Below are positions 8,756-19,200 of a stretch of DNA of 64,000 bases, in pieces. Position 1 is the first letter of the stretch. Every line of letters begins with the position of its first letter. The notes beneath the pieces are model-generated. The model made no database searches. It saw nothing but the letters and a program-made list of their open reading frames with translations, and had not been told where the DNA came from. The position numbers and the translations under genes were made by a program. Source of the stretch: Rhodospirillaceae bacterium (lineage in GTDB: Bacteria > Pseudomonadota > Alphaproteobacteria > DSM-16000 > Inquilinaceae); the NCBI GenBank assembly GCA_020638595.1, contig JACKIG010000018.1, positions 2,532-66,531 of the forward strand, read 5' to 3'.

Positions 8756-11700
8756 ATGGCCGCGATGATGAAGACGGCGTTGCCGGGCCGGCGTCCCGTG
8801 GGCGTGTGCCGCCGGGCCGTGGGCCTGGCAGGGGTCATGCTGCTTGCCGTCGCGGCAACGTTGCCGGCCGGTCCGGCCGGGGCGCAGCCGGCGGCGTGCC
8901 AGTACAGCGAAGACGGCGATTGCGACGAGCCGTCGATCCTGGGCAGCGGCCTGTGTCCCCGCGGAACCGACCGCAGCGACTGTGCCGCCGCCGACGCCGT
9001 GGCCGCATCCGTACTGGCACCGGATGAGGTAAGCCGGCTAATCGAATTCGGGCGCCAGGTTCAGGAAGCCGAGGACATCGGCGGCGACATCGTGGAGCCG
9101 TTGCTGCGGGGGCTCGGGCTCTTGCAGGCGGCCTATGACCGCGGCGAGGCCGACGCCGCCGACCTGTTCCTGGCGATGCTGATCCGGCTGAACGAGGAAG
9201 GCAGCCGCCGGCGGGATGCGGGCGACTACCGCACCGCCATCCGCCTGTTCGAACGCGGCGCCGGCCTGGCCGCCACCGTCTACGGCGCCGACCGGCCGAT
9301 CGTCGGACGGTTTCTCAACAATCTGGGGCTGGTCTACCAGGAGACCGGGGAGAGTGCCGCGGCCGAGCTGGTCTATCGCCATGGGCTTGCGATCGTCCGC
9401 AATGCCCATGGCGCGGAGAGCGAGGAGGTCGCGGTCGCGCTGGACAACCTGGCCGGCCTGCGCCGCGTCCAGGGCGATCTGGACGCGGCCGCGCGTCTCT
9501 ACCGGCAGGCCATCGACATCCTTGAGGCGACCGCAGGGGCGGACAGCCTGCAGGTCTCGATCTCGCTGAACAATCTGGCGGTCGTCGTCCAGCATCAGGG
9601 GAACTACCCCCTCGCACGCGATCTGCTGCAACGCGTCCTGTCCATCCGCGAACGCACCCTGGGGCCGGACCACCGCGCCGTCGCCACCGTGCTGAACAAC
9701 CTCGCGGCCTTGCATGGCCGCCTGGGGGAATGGGCGGCGGCCGCGACGCTCTATGAACGCGCCCTGGCGATCGTCGAAGGCGAGGGCGGTCCCGACACGC
9801 CGGATGTCGCGACGATCCTGGACAACCTGGCCGACGCCTATCACGGCCGCGGCGACATCGACCGGGCATTGCCGCTTCTGATGAGGGCCCTGATCATCCG
9901 GCGGCAGATGTTCGGGCCGGGGCATCCGGAGACGGCGAGAAGCCTGAACAACCTGGCGGCCCACTACGATGCCATCGGCGCCTGGGATGAGGCAGAGGCC
10001 CTGTACCGCGCGGCGCTGGAGGTGTTCGAGGCCTCCCTGGGGCCGGATCATCCGTCGGTCGCCACCGCCCTGGTCAACCTGGCCATCGCCGAGGGCCGGC
10101 TGGACGGCGCCGCCGCTGCCCCCGCCCCCCTCGAACGGGCCGTCGCGATCCGGCAGCACAGCTTCGGGCCGGACCATCCCGACACCGCAAGCGGCCTGGC
10201 GGACCTCGCGATCGCCTATGACGCCATCGGGGAGCACGAGCGGGCGGGCGATGCGATCGGTGCTGCCCGCGCCGGCTTGCAGCGCTGGCTCAGCCGCCTG
10301 GATGCCGACCGGATGGTGGCGATCGCGGCGTCGCCGACGCCGCAGGACGTGCTTGGCGACGTGCTGTGGCTGTCCGGGCGATGGGCGGGCGAGGCCGAGA
10401 CGGACGCCGAGCGCACCCGCTGGGTCGCCGAGAGCTTCGATGCCGCGCAGCTTCTGCGGTTCACCGCAACCAGCCAGTCCATTGCCAGGATGGCGGCACG
10501 GTTCGCCGCCGGCGACGATGGGCTGGCGCGGCTGGTGCGCGACCGGCAGGAAACGGCGGAACGGCTTGCCGCGCTTCAGGCCGAGCTGGTCGACCTGGTA
10601 TCGTCCGGTGCGTCGGGGGGGGGCGGCGATGCCATCCGCCGCGGCATCGCGGACCTCAGCGGGGCGCTGGCCACGCAGGATGCGGCGATCGCCCGCGATT
10701 TCCCGGCCTATGCCGCCCTGGCGCGGCCGCAGCCCCTGCCGCTGGCCGAGGCGCAGGCCCTGTTGCGCCCGGGCGAGGCGCTGGTCGTGTTCACCGTGCT
10801 TGCCGAGGTGTCGTATGCCTGGGTCGTGCGGCCGCAGGGCGCGGTCATGGCGGTGCTGCCGGTCGGCGAGGACGAGCTTGCCGGCATGGTCACGCTGTTG
10901 CGCCGGTGGCTGGACCCGGCCGCACGGCCGGGGGTGGCGGGCGATGACGACCCGCTGGCCGTGGCGCATGGGCTCTACACATCCCTGTGGCAGCCGCTGG
11001 AAGGGGCGCTGGACGGCGTTGGCCACGTTCTGGCCGTGCCCGACGGGCCGCTGGCCAGCCTGCCCCTTGCCGTCCTGGTGCGCACGCCTGCCGACGGCGC
11101 CGTCGCGGCGGGGCTGACGGCGGACCGGCTCCGCCGCACGGGCTGGCTGATCCGCGATCATGCCTTCACCACGCTGCCTGCCGTCGACTCGCTGCGGGCG
11201 CTGCGCCGGCTGGCGGGCGGACGCACGACGGAGGATCGCTTCATCGGGTTCGGCGATCCGGTGCTGGCCGGCGGGCCGCCGGCCACGCCTGCGGCGCAGC
11301 CCGGCCGGCGCGGCATCGCCACATCCCACGGCCTCAGCCAGCTGCCGCGGCTTCCGGAGACGGCGGAGGAGCTGCTGGGCATCGCCGCGTCGCTGGAAGG
11401 GTGGCGCACCGACCTCTACCTCGACACCCAGGCGACGGAGGCGCGCGTGAAGGCCCTGAGCCGGTCGGGGGCGTTGGGGGCGGCCCGGATCCTGGCGTTT
11501 GCCACCCATGGCCTGATGTCGGGGGAGCTGCGCGGCTTCGACGAGCCGGGACTGGTGCTGACGCCGCCGGCCGACGCCACGGACGACGATGACGGCCTGC
11601 TGGGGGCAAGCGAGATTGCCCGGCTGGACCTGGGCGCCGAATGGGTGGTGCTGTCGGCCTGCAACACCGCGGGCCCGGATGGGCGGCCGGGGGCGGAAGG

Positions 11701-11971
11701 CCTGTCGGGATTGGCGCGGGCGTTCTTCCATGCCGGTGCACGATCGCTGCTGGTGTCGCACTGGGCGGTGTATTCGGAGGCGGCACAGGCGCTGACGACC
11801 GGCACGTTCCACAGGCTGGCGGACGATCCGGCCCTGGATCGGGCAGAGGCGCTGCGCCGGACCATGCTGGCCTTGATCGACGGGCTGCCCGACCCGCATC
11901 CTTCCTATTGGGCGCCGTTCGTCGTCGTCGGCGAGGGCGGAACGGTCGGCAGCGCCGCAGGGCGCGATTGA
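8756..11971 (+). CDS. secreted TPR-repeat / CHAT (caspase-like) domain protein
   Basis: Signal-peptide-like N-terminus [45 protein letters not shown]. Multiple TPR_12-like repeats (e.g. [28 protein letters not shown]). C-terminal CHAT His/Cys dyad context ILAFATHGL and [11 protein letters not shown]. Confidence 0.85.
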   Translation: MAAMMKTALPGRRPVGVCRRAVGLAGVMLLAVAATLPAGPAGAQPAACQYSEDGDCDEPSILGSGLCPRGTDRSDCAAADAVAASVLAPDEVSRLIEFGRQVQEAEDIGGDIVEPLLRGLGLLQAAYDRGEADAADLFLAMLIRLNEEGSRRRDAGDYRTAIRLFERGAGLAATVYGADRPIVGRFLNNLGLVYQETGESAAAELVYRHGLAIVRNAHGAESEEVAVALDNLAGLRRVQGDLDAAARLYRQAIDILEATAGADSLQVSISLNNLAVVVQHQGNYPLARDLLQRVLSIRERTLGPDHRAVATVLNNLAALHGRLGEWAAAATLYERALAIVEGEGGPDTPDVATILDNLADAYHGRGDIDRALPLLMRALIIRRQMFGPGHPETARSLNNLAAHYDAIGAWDEAEALYRAALEVFEASLGPDHPSVATALVNLAIAEGRLDGAAAAPAPLERAVAIRQHSFGPDHPDTASGLADLAIAYDAIGEHERAGDAIGAARAGLQRWLSRLDADRMVAIAASPTPQDVLGDVLWLSGRWAGEAETDAERTRWVAESFDAAQLLRFTATSQSIARMAARFAAGDDGLARLVRDRQETAERLAALQAELVDLVSSGASGGGGDAIRRGIADLSGALATQDAAIARDFPAYAALARPQPLPLAEAQALLRPGEALVVFTVLAEVSYAWVVRPQGAVMAVLPVGEDELAGMVTLLRRWLDPAARPGVAGDDDPLAVAHGLYTSLWQPLEGALDGVGHVLAVPDGPLASLPLAVLVRTPADGAVAAGLTADRLRRTGWLIRDHAFTTLPAVDSLRALRRLAGGRTTEDRFIGFGDPVLAGGPPATPAAQPGRRGIATSHGLSQLPRLPETAEELLGIAASLEGWRTDLYLDTQATEARVKALSRSGALGAARILAFATHGLMSGELRGFDEPGLVLTPPADATDDDDGLLGASEIARLDLGAEWVVLSACNTAGPDGRPGAEGLSGLARAFFHAGARSLLVSHWAVYSEAAQALTTGTFHRLADDPALDRAEALRRTMLALIDGLPDPHPSYWAPFVVVGEGGTVGSAAGRD
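10615..10623 (+). repeat. G9 homopolymer inside the TPR-CHAT coding sequence
   Basis: tcG GGG GGG GGc encodes SGGGG in ...[16 protein letters not shown]..., between the TPR region and the CHAT domain. Confidence 0.9.
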
Positions 11972-11989
11972 GATGGAAGGGATCAGCAC

Positions 11990-12958
11990 ATGCCGGATGA
12001 GAGGCCCGTGGTCTTCGTCACCCGCCGCCTGCCCGAGGCGGTGGAGGCGCGGCTCATGCGCGACTACCGCGCCGTCCTGAATCGCACTGACCAGCTGTAC
12101 GATCCGGCATCGCTGGCGGAGCGCTGCCAGGGGGCCGATGCCGTGCTGCCCTGCCCGACCGACAGGCTGGACGCCGGCGTGATTGCGGGCCTGCCGGCGA
12201 CGATCCGGGCGATCGCGACCTTTTCGGTCGGCTATGACCACATCGACGTGGCGGCCGCCGTGGCCCGCGGCATCGTCGTCACCAACACGCCCGATGTGCT
12301 GACGGCGGCGACGGCCGACGTGGCCATGCTGCTGCTACTGGCCGCGGCGCGGGGGGCGTATTCCGCCGAGCGGCTGCTGCGGTCCGGCGGATGGACGGCC
12401 TGGGCACCGACCGGCCAGCTGGGGATCCAGCTGACGGGCAAGCGTCTCGGCATCTTCGGCATGGGGCGCATCGGCCGGGCGGTGGCCAGGCGTGCGCGCG
12501 GCTTCGATATGGCCATCCACTACTCCGACGTCGCACCGGTGCCGCCGGAAGACGCTGCCGGTGCCGTCTATCATGCCCGGGCGGAGGACATGCTGCCCCA
12601 CTGCGACTTCCTGACCCTGCATTGCCCGCTGACGCCGCAGACGCGGCGGTTCCTGGACGGCGAACGCATCGGGCTGCTGCCCGACGGGGCGGTGGTGGTC
12701 AATACGGCGCGCGGCGGCATCGTCGATGACGAGGCGCTGATCGCGGCGCTGACCACCGGCAAGCTGGCGGCCGCCGGCCTGGACGTCTTCGACGGCGAGC
12801 CGAAGCTGAATCCCGGCTATCTGGCGCTGGAGAACGCCGTGCTGTTCCCGCATATCGGCAGCGCCACGGTGGAAACGCGCAACGCCATGGGGTTCACCGC
12901 GCTCGACAACCTGGATGCGGTCTTCGCCGGCCGCGAGCCGCCCAACCGCGTGGCGTGA
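11990..12958 (+). CDS. D-isomer-specific 2-hydroxyacid dehydrogenase (glyoxylate/hydroxypyruvate reductase-like)
   Basis: NAD-binding LGIFGMGRIGRAVARRARGFDM, and catalytic region VVVNTARGGIVDDEALIAAL...LDVFDGEP...FPHIGSAT. ATG 11990 is preceded by GGAAGGGA. Confidence 0.85.
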   Translation: MPDERPVVFVTRRLPEAVEARLMRDYRAVLNRTDQLYDPASLAERCQGADAVLPCPTDRLDAGVIAGLPATIRAIATFSVGYDHIDVAAAVARGIVVTNTPDVLTAATADVAMLLLLAAARGAYSAERLLRSGGWTAWAPTGQLGIQLTGKRLGIFGMGRIGRAVARRARGFDMAIHYSDVAPVPPEDAAGAVYHARAEDMLPHCDFLTLHCPLTPQTRRFLDGERIGLLPDGAVVVNTARGGIVDDEALIAALTTGKLAAAGLDVFDGEPKLNPGYLALENAVLFPHIGSATVETRNAMGFTALDNLDAVFAGREPPNRVA

Positions 12959-13014
12959 CGCCGGGCCGTGGCGCGATGCTGCGGCCGGCCCGGTTAGCCC
13001 GATGTCGTCCTGCC

Positions 13015-14703
13015 CTACCGCTGCTGCGTCTGCCAGTGCGGGTGGATCCACACCGGCGCGTCCGACGGCGGCGGCGGCGGCCGGCCGCGGATGGCATCGG
13101 CAAGCTTTTCCGCCATCATGATGGTCGGAATGTTCAGGTTGGCCGAGACGATGTCCGGCATGATCGAACTGTCGACGACCCGCAGGCCCTCGATCCCGTG
13201 CACGCGGCCATAGCCGTCGACCACTGCCCCGCCGGAACCGGGGTCGGCAGAAAAGGGGTCAGACCCCATTTTGCAGGTGCAGCTGGGATGATAGGCGGTT
13301 TCCGCATGCTCGCGGATGGCGGCGTCGATCTGCGCATCCGTCTGCACCTGCGGACCCGGCAGCAGCTCCGGCCCGCGATAGGGGTCGAAGGCCGCCTGGG
13401 CGAAGACCTCGCGCGTCAGCGTCAGCGCCTCGCGGAAATCGCGCACGTCGTCGTCCGTCGACAGATAGTTGGGCTGGAGGATCGGCGCGTCCTTCGGGTC
13501 GGTCGACCGCAATGCCAGCCGGCCGCGGCTGGTCGGGCGCATCGGCCCGACATGGGCCTGGAAGCCGTGGCGGTCCGACGGGTTGCCGCCGTCATAGCGC
13601 ACCGCCATCGGCAGGAAATGGTACTGGATGTCGGGGTGTTCGACGCCGGCCCGGCTGCGGATGAAGCCGCCGGCCTCGAAATGGTTCGTGGCGCCGAGGC
13701 CGGTGCCGGACACCATCCAGCGCACGCCGATGGCCAGCTTGGCCAGCGGGTTCATCACCTTGTAGAGCGTGACGGGCTGGGTGCAGGCGTATTGCAGGTA
13801 GACTTCCAGGTGGTCCTGCAGGTTGCCGCCGACCCCGGGCAGGTCGTTCACGACCGGGATCTTCAGGCCGCGCAGGTCGTCTGCCGGTCCGATGCCGGAC
13901 AGCATCAGCAGCTGCGGGGTGTTGATCGGCCCCGACGACAGGATCACCTCGCGTTCGGCCCTGACACTGCGGACCTCCCCGTCGCGGGCATAGTCCAGCC
14001 CGACGGCGATGCCGTTCTCCACGATCAACCGCAGCGCCAGCGCCCCGGTCAGCACCGTCAGGCCCGGCCGCTTCAGCGCCGGGCGCAGATAGGCGACGGC
14101 GGTGGACTGGCGGCGCCCGCCGGCCACCGTCATCTGCATGTCGCCGAAACCTTCCTGCTGGAACCCGTTCATGTCGTCGGTGAGCGGGTAGCCCGCCTGC
14201 CGGCCCGCCTCGATCCAGGCCCGGTAGAGGGGGTTCCGGTCTGGCCGGCCCGTGGTCACGCCCACCGGCCCGTCGCCGCCGCGCCAGGCATCGGCGCCCT
14301 TGTCGCGCCGTTCCAGCTTGCGGAAATAGGGCAGGCAATGGGCATAGGCCCAGTGTTCCAGCCCCGGACTTTGCGCCCAGCGATCATAGTCGCGGGCATG
14401 CCCGCGGACATGGCACATGCCGTTGATGGATGACGAGCCGCCCAGCACGCGCCCGCGTGGCCAGAACAGACGCCGCCCGTCCATATGCGCCTGCGGTTCG
14501 GTCCAGTACTGCCAGGCCAGCCGCGGGTCGTGCATGGGATAGGCCAGCGCCGTCGGCATGTGGATATAGAGGCTGCGGTCCCGACCGCCTGCTTCCAGCA
14601 GCAGCACCGAGACGCCCGGATCTTCCGTCAACCGGTTGGCCAGCACGCAGCCGGCCGAGCCGGCGCCGACGATCACATAGTCGTATTCGGGCCTGGTCTT
14701 CAT
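13015..14703 (-). CDS. betA: choline dehydrogenase
   Basis: MKTRPEYDYVIVGAGSAGCVLANRLTEDPGVSVLLLEAGG... and ...NLQDHLEVYLQYAC..., HFEAGGFIRS, IQYHFLP, AETAYHPSCTCKMG align along the whole length with E. coli BetA as I recall it. Start set at ATG 14703; the track ORF to 15879 is an upstream open-frame extension. Confidence 0.9.
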   Translation of the reverse strand: MKTRPEYDYVIVGAGSAGCVLANRLTEDPGVSVLLLEAGGRDRSLYIHMPTALAYPMHDPRLAWQYWTEPQAHMDGRRLFWPRGRVLGGSSSINGMCHVRGHARDYDRWAQSPGLEHWAYAHCLPYFRKLERRDKGADAWRGGDGPVGVTTGRPDRNPLYRAWIEAGRQAGYPLTDDMNGFQQEGFGDMQMTVAGGRRQSTAVAYLRPALKRPGLTVLTGALALRLIVENGIAVGLDYARDGEVRSVRAEREVILSSGPINTPQLLMLSGIGPADDLRGLKIPVVNDLPGVGGNLQDHLEVYLQYACTQPVTLYKVMNPLAKLAIGVRWMVSGTGLGATNHFEAGGFIRSRAGVEHPDIQYHFLPMAVRYDGGNPSDRHGFQAHVGPMRPTSRGRLALRSTDPKDAPILQPNYLSTDDDVRDFREALTLTREVFAQAAFDPYRGPELLPGPQVQTDAQIDAAIREHAETAYHPSCTCKMGSDPFSADPGSGGAVVDGYGRVHGIEGLRVVDSSIMPDIVSANLNIPTIMMAEKLADAIRGRPPPPPSDAPVWIHPHWQTQQR

Positions 14704-14925
14704 CGTCGCTTCCCGGTCCATCCTGCCCGATTCCCAAGGGCACCATACGACGCGGATGCGGGCCAGGGCCATGGCGCGGGTGGGGGCCTTTCCCGCCGCC
14801 CGGGCAAAAACCCGTTCCCTCCGGCCGGCAATCGGGCCATCGTAGGCGCGTGGCCGACGAGCCACCACAAGCGGCCGGCGCCGAGGCGCGGCCCTTCCAA
14901 GAAGGCAAGAAACAGGGAGCCAGAG

Positions 14926-15873
14926 ATGATGGTCCGTGAATTTGTCAGGTACGTTGCCGTTGCCGGCGTGGCCGTGTTGCCGGGCCTGGCCCAGGCGGCG
15001 GATCCGGATGCCTGCGGCGTTGTCCGTTTCTCCGATGTCGGGTGGACCGACATCACCGCGACGACGGCGCTGACCAGCGTCGTCCTTCAGGGGCTGGGGT
15101 ACGAGCCGGAGGCGACGGTGCTGTCGGTGCCCGTCACCTATGCCAGCATGGCCAACGGCGACATCGATGTCTTCCTGGGCAACTGGATGCCGACCATGGA
15201 GGGCGATATCGCGGCCTACCGCGAGGCCGGCACCGTCGACATCATCGGCGTCAACCTGGAGGGTGCCAAATACACCCTGGCTGTGCCGACCTATCTGGCC
15301 GACGAGGGGCTGACCGACTTCGCCGATATCGCCGAATTCCACGATGCGCTGGACGGCGAGATCTACGGCATCGAGCCGGGCAACGACGGCAACCGCCTGA
15401 TCCAGGACATGATCGACAACGACACGTTCGGCCTCGGCGGGTTCGAACTGGTCGAATCCTCCGAACAGGGGATGCTGGCCCAGGTGGCCAGGGCGGTGCG
15501 CGGGGAGGATGCCATCGTCTTCCTGGGGTGGGAGCCGCACCCCATGAACGCCAATTTCGACCTGACCTATCTGACGGGCGGGGACGACATCTTCGGCCCC
15601 GATCTGGGCGGCGCCACCATCTATACCAACACGCGGCCCGGCTATGCCGGCGAGTGCCCCAATGTCGGGCAGCTGCTGGGCAACCTCGAATTCTCCCTGG
15701 CGATGGAGAACGAGGTGATGGGCGCCATCCTGGACGACGGCGAGACGCCGGAGGATGCGGCGACGGCCTGGCTGCAAGCCAATCCCGAGGTTCTCGAGAC
15801 ATGGCTGGACGGTGTGACGACCCTGTCGGGCGACCCTGGCCTGCCGGCCGTGCAGGCCCATCTGGGGCTCTAG
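14926..15873 (+). CDS. choX: choline/glycine betaine ABC transporter substrate-binding protein (ChoX-like)
   Basis: Signal peptide MMVREFVRYVAVAGVAVLPGLAQA. VRFSDVGWTDITATTALTSVVLQGLGYE, DVFLGNWMPTMEGDI, IYGIEPGNDGNRLI and FLGWEPHPMNANF resemble Sinorhizobium ChoX as I recall it. RBS AGGGAG at 14914-14919. Confidence 0.8.
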   Translation: MMVREFVRYVAVAGVAVLPGLAQAADPDACGVVRFSDVGWTDITATTALTSVVLQGLGYEPEATVLSVPVTYASMANGDIDVFLGNWMPTMEGDIAAYREAGTVDIIGVNLEGAKYTLAVPTYLADEGLTDFADIAEFHDALDGEIYGIEPGNDGNRLIQDMIDNDTFGLGGFELVESSEQGMLAQVARAVRGEDAIVFLGWEPHPMNANFDLTYLTGGDDIFGPDLGGATIYTNTRPGYAGECPNVGQLLGNLEFSLAMENEVMGAILDDGETPEDAATAWLQANPEVLETWLDGVTTLSGDPGLPAVQAHLGL

Positions 15874-15992
15874 CGGCACCCGATCATCGGGGCGGCCGCG
15901 CGCGATTGCGTGGCCGCCTGACCTTTCCCCCGTGACGCCCCGCGAAGCCCGGCTTCGAAGGACGCCACGCCCGTCGGCGGAGGCATCGGGTC

Positions 15993-16847
15993 ATGGATTG
16001 GCTGACGGACTGGAAGATCCCGCTGGGCAGCTGGGTCCGCGACGGGGTGGGGTTCCTCACGGAGCACGCGGCCGGCGTGTTCGACCTGATCTCCGACGTT
16101 CTCGGCTTCCTGATCGAAGGTCTGATCGACATCCTGGTCTGGCTGCCGCCGCTGGTGGTCGTGGCCGCCGTCGCGGGCCTGGCGTGGTGGCTGCACCGCG
16201 GGTGGAAGCTGCCGCTGGCCGTCGTGCTGTCGCTGCTGCTGGTCATCAATCTCGGCTATTGGAAGGAGACGATGGAAACGCTGGCGCTGGTGGTGTTCGC
16301 CACCGGGGTCAGCATGGTCGTGGGCATTCCGTTGGGGATCGCCGCCGCCCACCGGCCCTGGCTCTATTCGGTGCTGCGGCCGATCCTGGACCTGATGCAG
16401 ACCATTCCCACCTTCGTCTACCTGATCCCGACCTTGATCCTGTTCGGCCTGGGCGTCGTGCCGGGGCTGATTTCCACCGTCATCTTCGCCATTCCGGCCC
16501 CGGTGCGGCTGACCTATCTCGGCATCTCGTCGGTGCCGACGGCCTTGAAGGAGGCGGGGGAGGCGTTCGGCTGCTCGAGCCGTGAGCTCTTGTGGAAGGT
16601 GGAGCTGCCGCACGCCATGCCGACGATCATGGCGGGGCTGACCCAGTGCATCATGCTGTCGCTGTCGATGGTGGTGATTGCGGCCCTGGTGGGGGCCGAC
16701 GGTCTGGGCGAGCCGGTGGTGCGCGCGCTCAACACCGTCAATATCGGCATGGGCTTCGAAGCCGGACTGGCCATCGTCATCCTGGCCATCCTGCTTGACC
16801 GCATCGTCAAGCAGCCCGAGCGGCGGGCCGGCCGCAAGGCCCGCTGA
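15993..16847 (+). CDS. choW: choline/glycine betaine ABC transporter permease
   Basis: ProW/OpuAB-type permease with multiple TM segments and the EAA-like region LKEAGEAFGCSSRELLWKVELPHAMPTIMAG. Confidence 0.8.
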   Translation: MDWLTDWKIPLGSWVRDGVGFLTEHAAGVFDLISDVLGFLIEGLIDILVWLPPLVVVAAVAGLAWWLHRGWKLPLAVVLSLLLVINLGYWKETMETLALVVFATGVSMVVGIPLGIAAAHRPWLYSVLRPILDLMQTIPTFVYLIPTLILFGLGVVPGLISTVIFAIPAPVRLTYLGISSVPTALKEAGEAFGCSSRELLWKVELPHAMPTIMAGLTQCIMLSLSMVVIAALVGADGLGEPVVRALNTVNIGMGFEAGLAIVILAILLDRIVKQPERRAGRKAR

Positions 16848-18055
16848 TGGCGGCCAAGCTGGACAACGCGCCCGTCGCCGTCGATTTCCGCGAGGTCGAC
16901 GTCGTCTTCGGCGACCGCGCCGAAGAGGCGCTGGGCCTGATGGACCGGGGCGCCAGCCGCGATGACATCAACGCCGAAACGGGCGCCGTCGTGGCGGTGC
17001 GCGGCGCCACCATGAGCGTCCGGCGCGGCGAACTGTGCGTGCTGATGGGGCTCTCGGGATCCGGCAAGTCGTCGCTGCTGCGCTGTGTGAACCGCCTCAA
17101 CCACGTCTCGCGCGGGCGGCTGTTCGTCAACGAGGCCGACGGCCGCGGCGGCATCGACGTCACCAGTTGCGATGCGGGCGAACTGCGCCGGCTGCGCACC
17201 CACCGCATCGCCATGGTGTTCCAGCAGTTCGGCCTGCTGCCCTGGCGGACGGTGGCGGAGAACGTGGCCTTCGGGCTGGAACTGCAAGGCACGCCCAAGG
17301 CCCGGCGCCGCCGGGTCGTGGACGAGAAGCTGAAGCTGGTCGGGCTGGAACGCTGGGCCGACCGCTATGCTGCGGAGCTGTCGGGCGGCATGCAGCAGCG
17401 CGTCGGCCTTGCCCGCGCCTTTGCCACGGATGCCGACATCCTGCTGATGGACGAGCCCTATTCCGCGCTCGACCCGCTGATCCGCAGCCACCTGCAGGAT
17501 TCGCTGCTGGAACTGCAGCACGAATTGCAGAAGACCATCATCTTCGTCAGCCACGACCTGGACGAGGCGCTGAAGCTGGGCGACCACATCGCCATCATGC
17601 GCGACGGCGCCATCGTACAGTACGGCACACCGCAGGATATCGTCCTGAACCCGGCCGACGACTACGTCACCGCCTTCGTCCAGCACGTGAACCCGCTGAA
17701 CGTGCTGTGCGGCGACGCGCTGATGCGCCCGCTGGAAGACCTGGCACCCGCACCGGCCGGCGGCGTCGCGCTGGATCCGCTCGCCCGCCTGGCCGCCCGC
17801 AGGAACGGCGACGGCCGCTTCGCCGTCACCTGCGACGGGCGCGCCGTGACCCCGCGCCCGGTGACGGAGGCGCTGACGCCGGCCGATGTGGCTTGCGAGG
17901 ACGTGCTGGCCGCCCCGCTGACCATCCCCCTGCGCCGCGCCATCGAATTCCGCCACCGCAGCGACTGGCCCCTGCTGCTGGTCGAAGACGGCCACCTGGT
18001 CGGCATCGTCGACGACGCCGACATCTACCGCGCCATCATGGGGCGGCGCGGGTAG
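16847..18055 (+). CDS. choV: choline/glycine betaine ABC transporter ATP-binding protein with C-terminal CBS-like region
   Basis: Walker A GLSGSGKSS, signature LSGGMQQRVGLARA and Walker B ILLMDEPYSALD. The start overlaps the choW stop (TGATG at 16845-16849). Confidence 0.85.
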   Translation: MAAKLDNAPVAVDFREVDVVFGDRAEEALGLMDRGASRDDINAETGAVVAVRGATMSVRRGELCVLMGLSGSGKSSLLRCVNRLNHVSRGRLFVNEADGRGGIDVTSCDAGELRRLRTHRIAMVFQQFGLLPWRTVAENVAFGLELQGTPKARRRRVVDEKLKLVGLERWADRYAAELSGGMQQRVGLARAFATDADILLMDEPYSALDPLIRSHLQDSLLELQHELQKTIIFVSHDLDEALKLGDHIAIMRDGAIVQYGTPQDIVLNPADDYVTAFVQHVNPLNVLCGDALMRPLEDLAPAPAGGVALDPLARLAARRNGDGRFAVTCDGRAVTPRPVTEALTPADVACEDVLAAPLTIPLRRAIEFRHRSDWPLLLVEDGHLVGIVDDADIYRAIMGRRG

Positions 18056-18074
18056 CCGGCACGCCGGAGTATTC

Positions 18075-18118
18075 GGGGTCAGGTCTTTCTTCATCACATT
18101 CGATGGAATGACCGCCCC
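18075..18118. repeat. degenerate short copy of the GGGGTCAGGTCTTTC repeat family
   Basis: GGGGTCAGGTCTTTCttcatcacattcgatGGAATGACCGCCCC lies in the intergenic region after choV. The left arm is identical to the termini of the 61.6 kb elements; the right arm is an imperfect complement. Confidence 0.6.
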
Positions 18119-18269
18119 GACCGCATACCTGCCCGGTATCGGCGAACGCATGGTCATCGAAAATCAACAGAAAGAGTCGTGAGAACGGTCATGTATTCGC
18201 AACACGACAATCAACATAGTGTCATGCATTTCCGTCAATCTGGCGTCCACCGCAACAGATACCATCACT

Positions 18270-19196
18270 ATGGCAGAATTCGTGCTGAGCCGGCTGATCC
18301 GCATGACCATCACGATCTTCGTGATTGTCACTGCGGTGTTCTTTGCCACGCGCCTGTCTGGCAATGCCATTGACTTCATCATCGGTGAGGGGATTACGCA
18401 GGAAGACAGGCGGATCCTCACCGTCTACTACGGCCTCGACGCATCGGTGTGGGAGCAGTATTGGCGCTACCTGGGCTCGTTCCTGGACGGCCAGTTCGGC
18501 CTGTCGTTCCATGAACGCCGGCCGGTATCCGCCATCTTCGCGGAACGGCTGGGCCCGACGGCCAGGCTGCTGGCATGCAGCATCCTGTTCACCGTGGCCG
18601 TGTCGCTGCCGTTGGGAATTCTCGGGGCCGTCTACCGGAAGTCGTGGATCGGCAGCGCCGTTATGGCCTTCGCCTTCCTGGGCTATGCCATTCCGAATTT
18701 CGTGCTGGCGACGCTGCTGATCCTGGTCTTCGCCTACACCTTGAACCTGCTGCCGGTGGTGGGCGACGCCACGCCCTGGCACTTCGTCATGCCGACGCTG
18801 GCGCTGTCGCTCTACCTGGTCGCGGGGCTCACGCGCTTCACCCGCAACGCCATGCTGGACGTGCTGAACCAGGACTACATGCGCACGGCCCGGGCCAAGG
18901 GCCTGCCGGAACGCCGGGTGATCCTGAAGCATGGGGCGAAGAACGCTTCGATCACCGTGCTGTCGGTGATCGGCCTGCAAGTCGCCGGGCTGGCGGCGGC
19001 GGGCAATGTGGTGGTGGAGTCGGTCTTTTCCTGGCCCGGCGTTGGCGACCTGCTGGTGCGGGCCGCGATCCTGCGCGACTACCCGGTCCTGCAATTCGGG
19101 GTCCTGGCCGTCTCCATCGCCGTCATCCTGGTCAATACGACCGTCGACATCGCCTATGCGTATGCCGACCCGCGCATGCGGCTGCGGGGGCGCTAG
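18270..19196 (+). CDS. ABC transporter permease (DppB/OppB type)
   Basis: MAEFVLSRLIRMTITIFVIVTAVFFATRL is the typical DppB N-terminus, and the EAA-loop region is DYMRTARAKGLPERRVILKHGAKNA. Confidence 0.85.
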   Translation: MAEFVLSRLIRMTITIFVIVTAVFFATRLSGNAIDFIIGEGITQEDRRILTVYYGLDASVWEQYWRYLGSFLDGQFGLSFHERRPVSAIFAERLGPTARLLACSILFTVAVSLPLGILGAVYRKSWIGSAVMAFAFLGYAIPNFVLATLLILVFAYTLNLLPVVGDATPWHFVMPTLALSLYLVAGLTRFTRNAMLDVLNQDYMRTARAKGLPERRVILKHGAKNASITVLSVIGLQVAGLAAAGNVVVESVFSWPGVGDLLVRAAILRDYPVLQFGVLAVSIAVILVNTTVDIAYAYADPRMRLRGR

Positions 19197-19200
19197 GCCG

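Noticed and set aside
8756-11971. TPR-CHAT read as the Csx29 component of a type III-E CRISPR (Craspase) system.
   Set aside because: There is no Cas7-11/gRAMP-like giant cas gene, no other cas gene and no CRISPR array anywhere in the window. The protein also has a signal-peptide-like N-terminus, which is inconsistent with a cytoplasmic CRISPR effector partner.
12959-13014. A GC-rich hairpin (CCGGGCC ... GGCCCGG) between the convergent dehydrogenase and betA genes as a bidirectional terminator. Similarly TGCCGCC-N10-GGCGGCA at 59665-59688 after katA.
   Set aside because: The stems are short, there is no flanking T/A tract, and such self-complementary strings are frequent by chance in GC-rich DNA. 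The evidence is not strong enough to annotate them.
13015-15879. Long N-terminal extensions of track ORFs: betA to 15879, GH15 to 8838, Gfo/Idh/MocA to 3277, hemA from 59704, the double ATPase from 21664, choX from 14485, and the cyclases to 29303 and 31039.
   Set aside because: The homologous protein begins at an internal ATG that I verified in the nucleotide sequence, often with an SD-like motif. The extensions overlap neighbouring genes or intergenic DNA and have non-protein-like composition.
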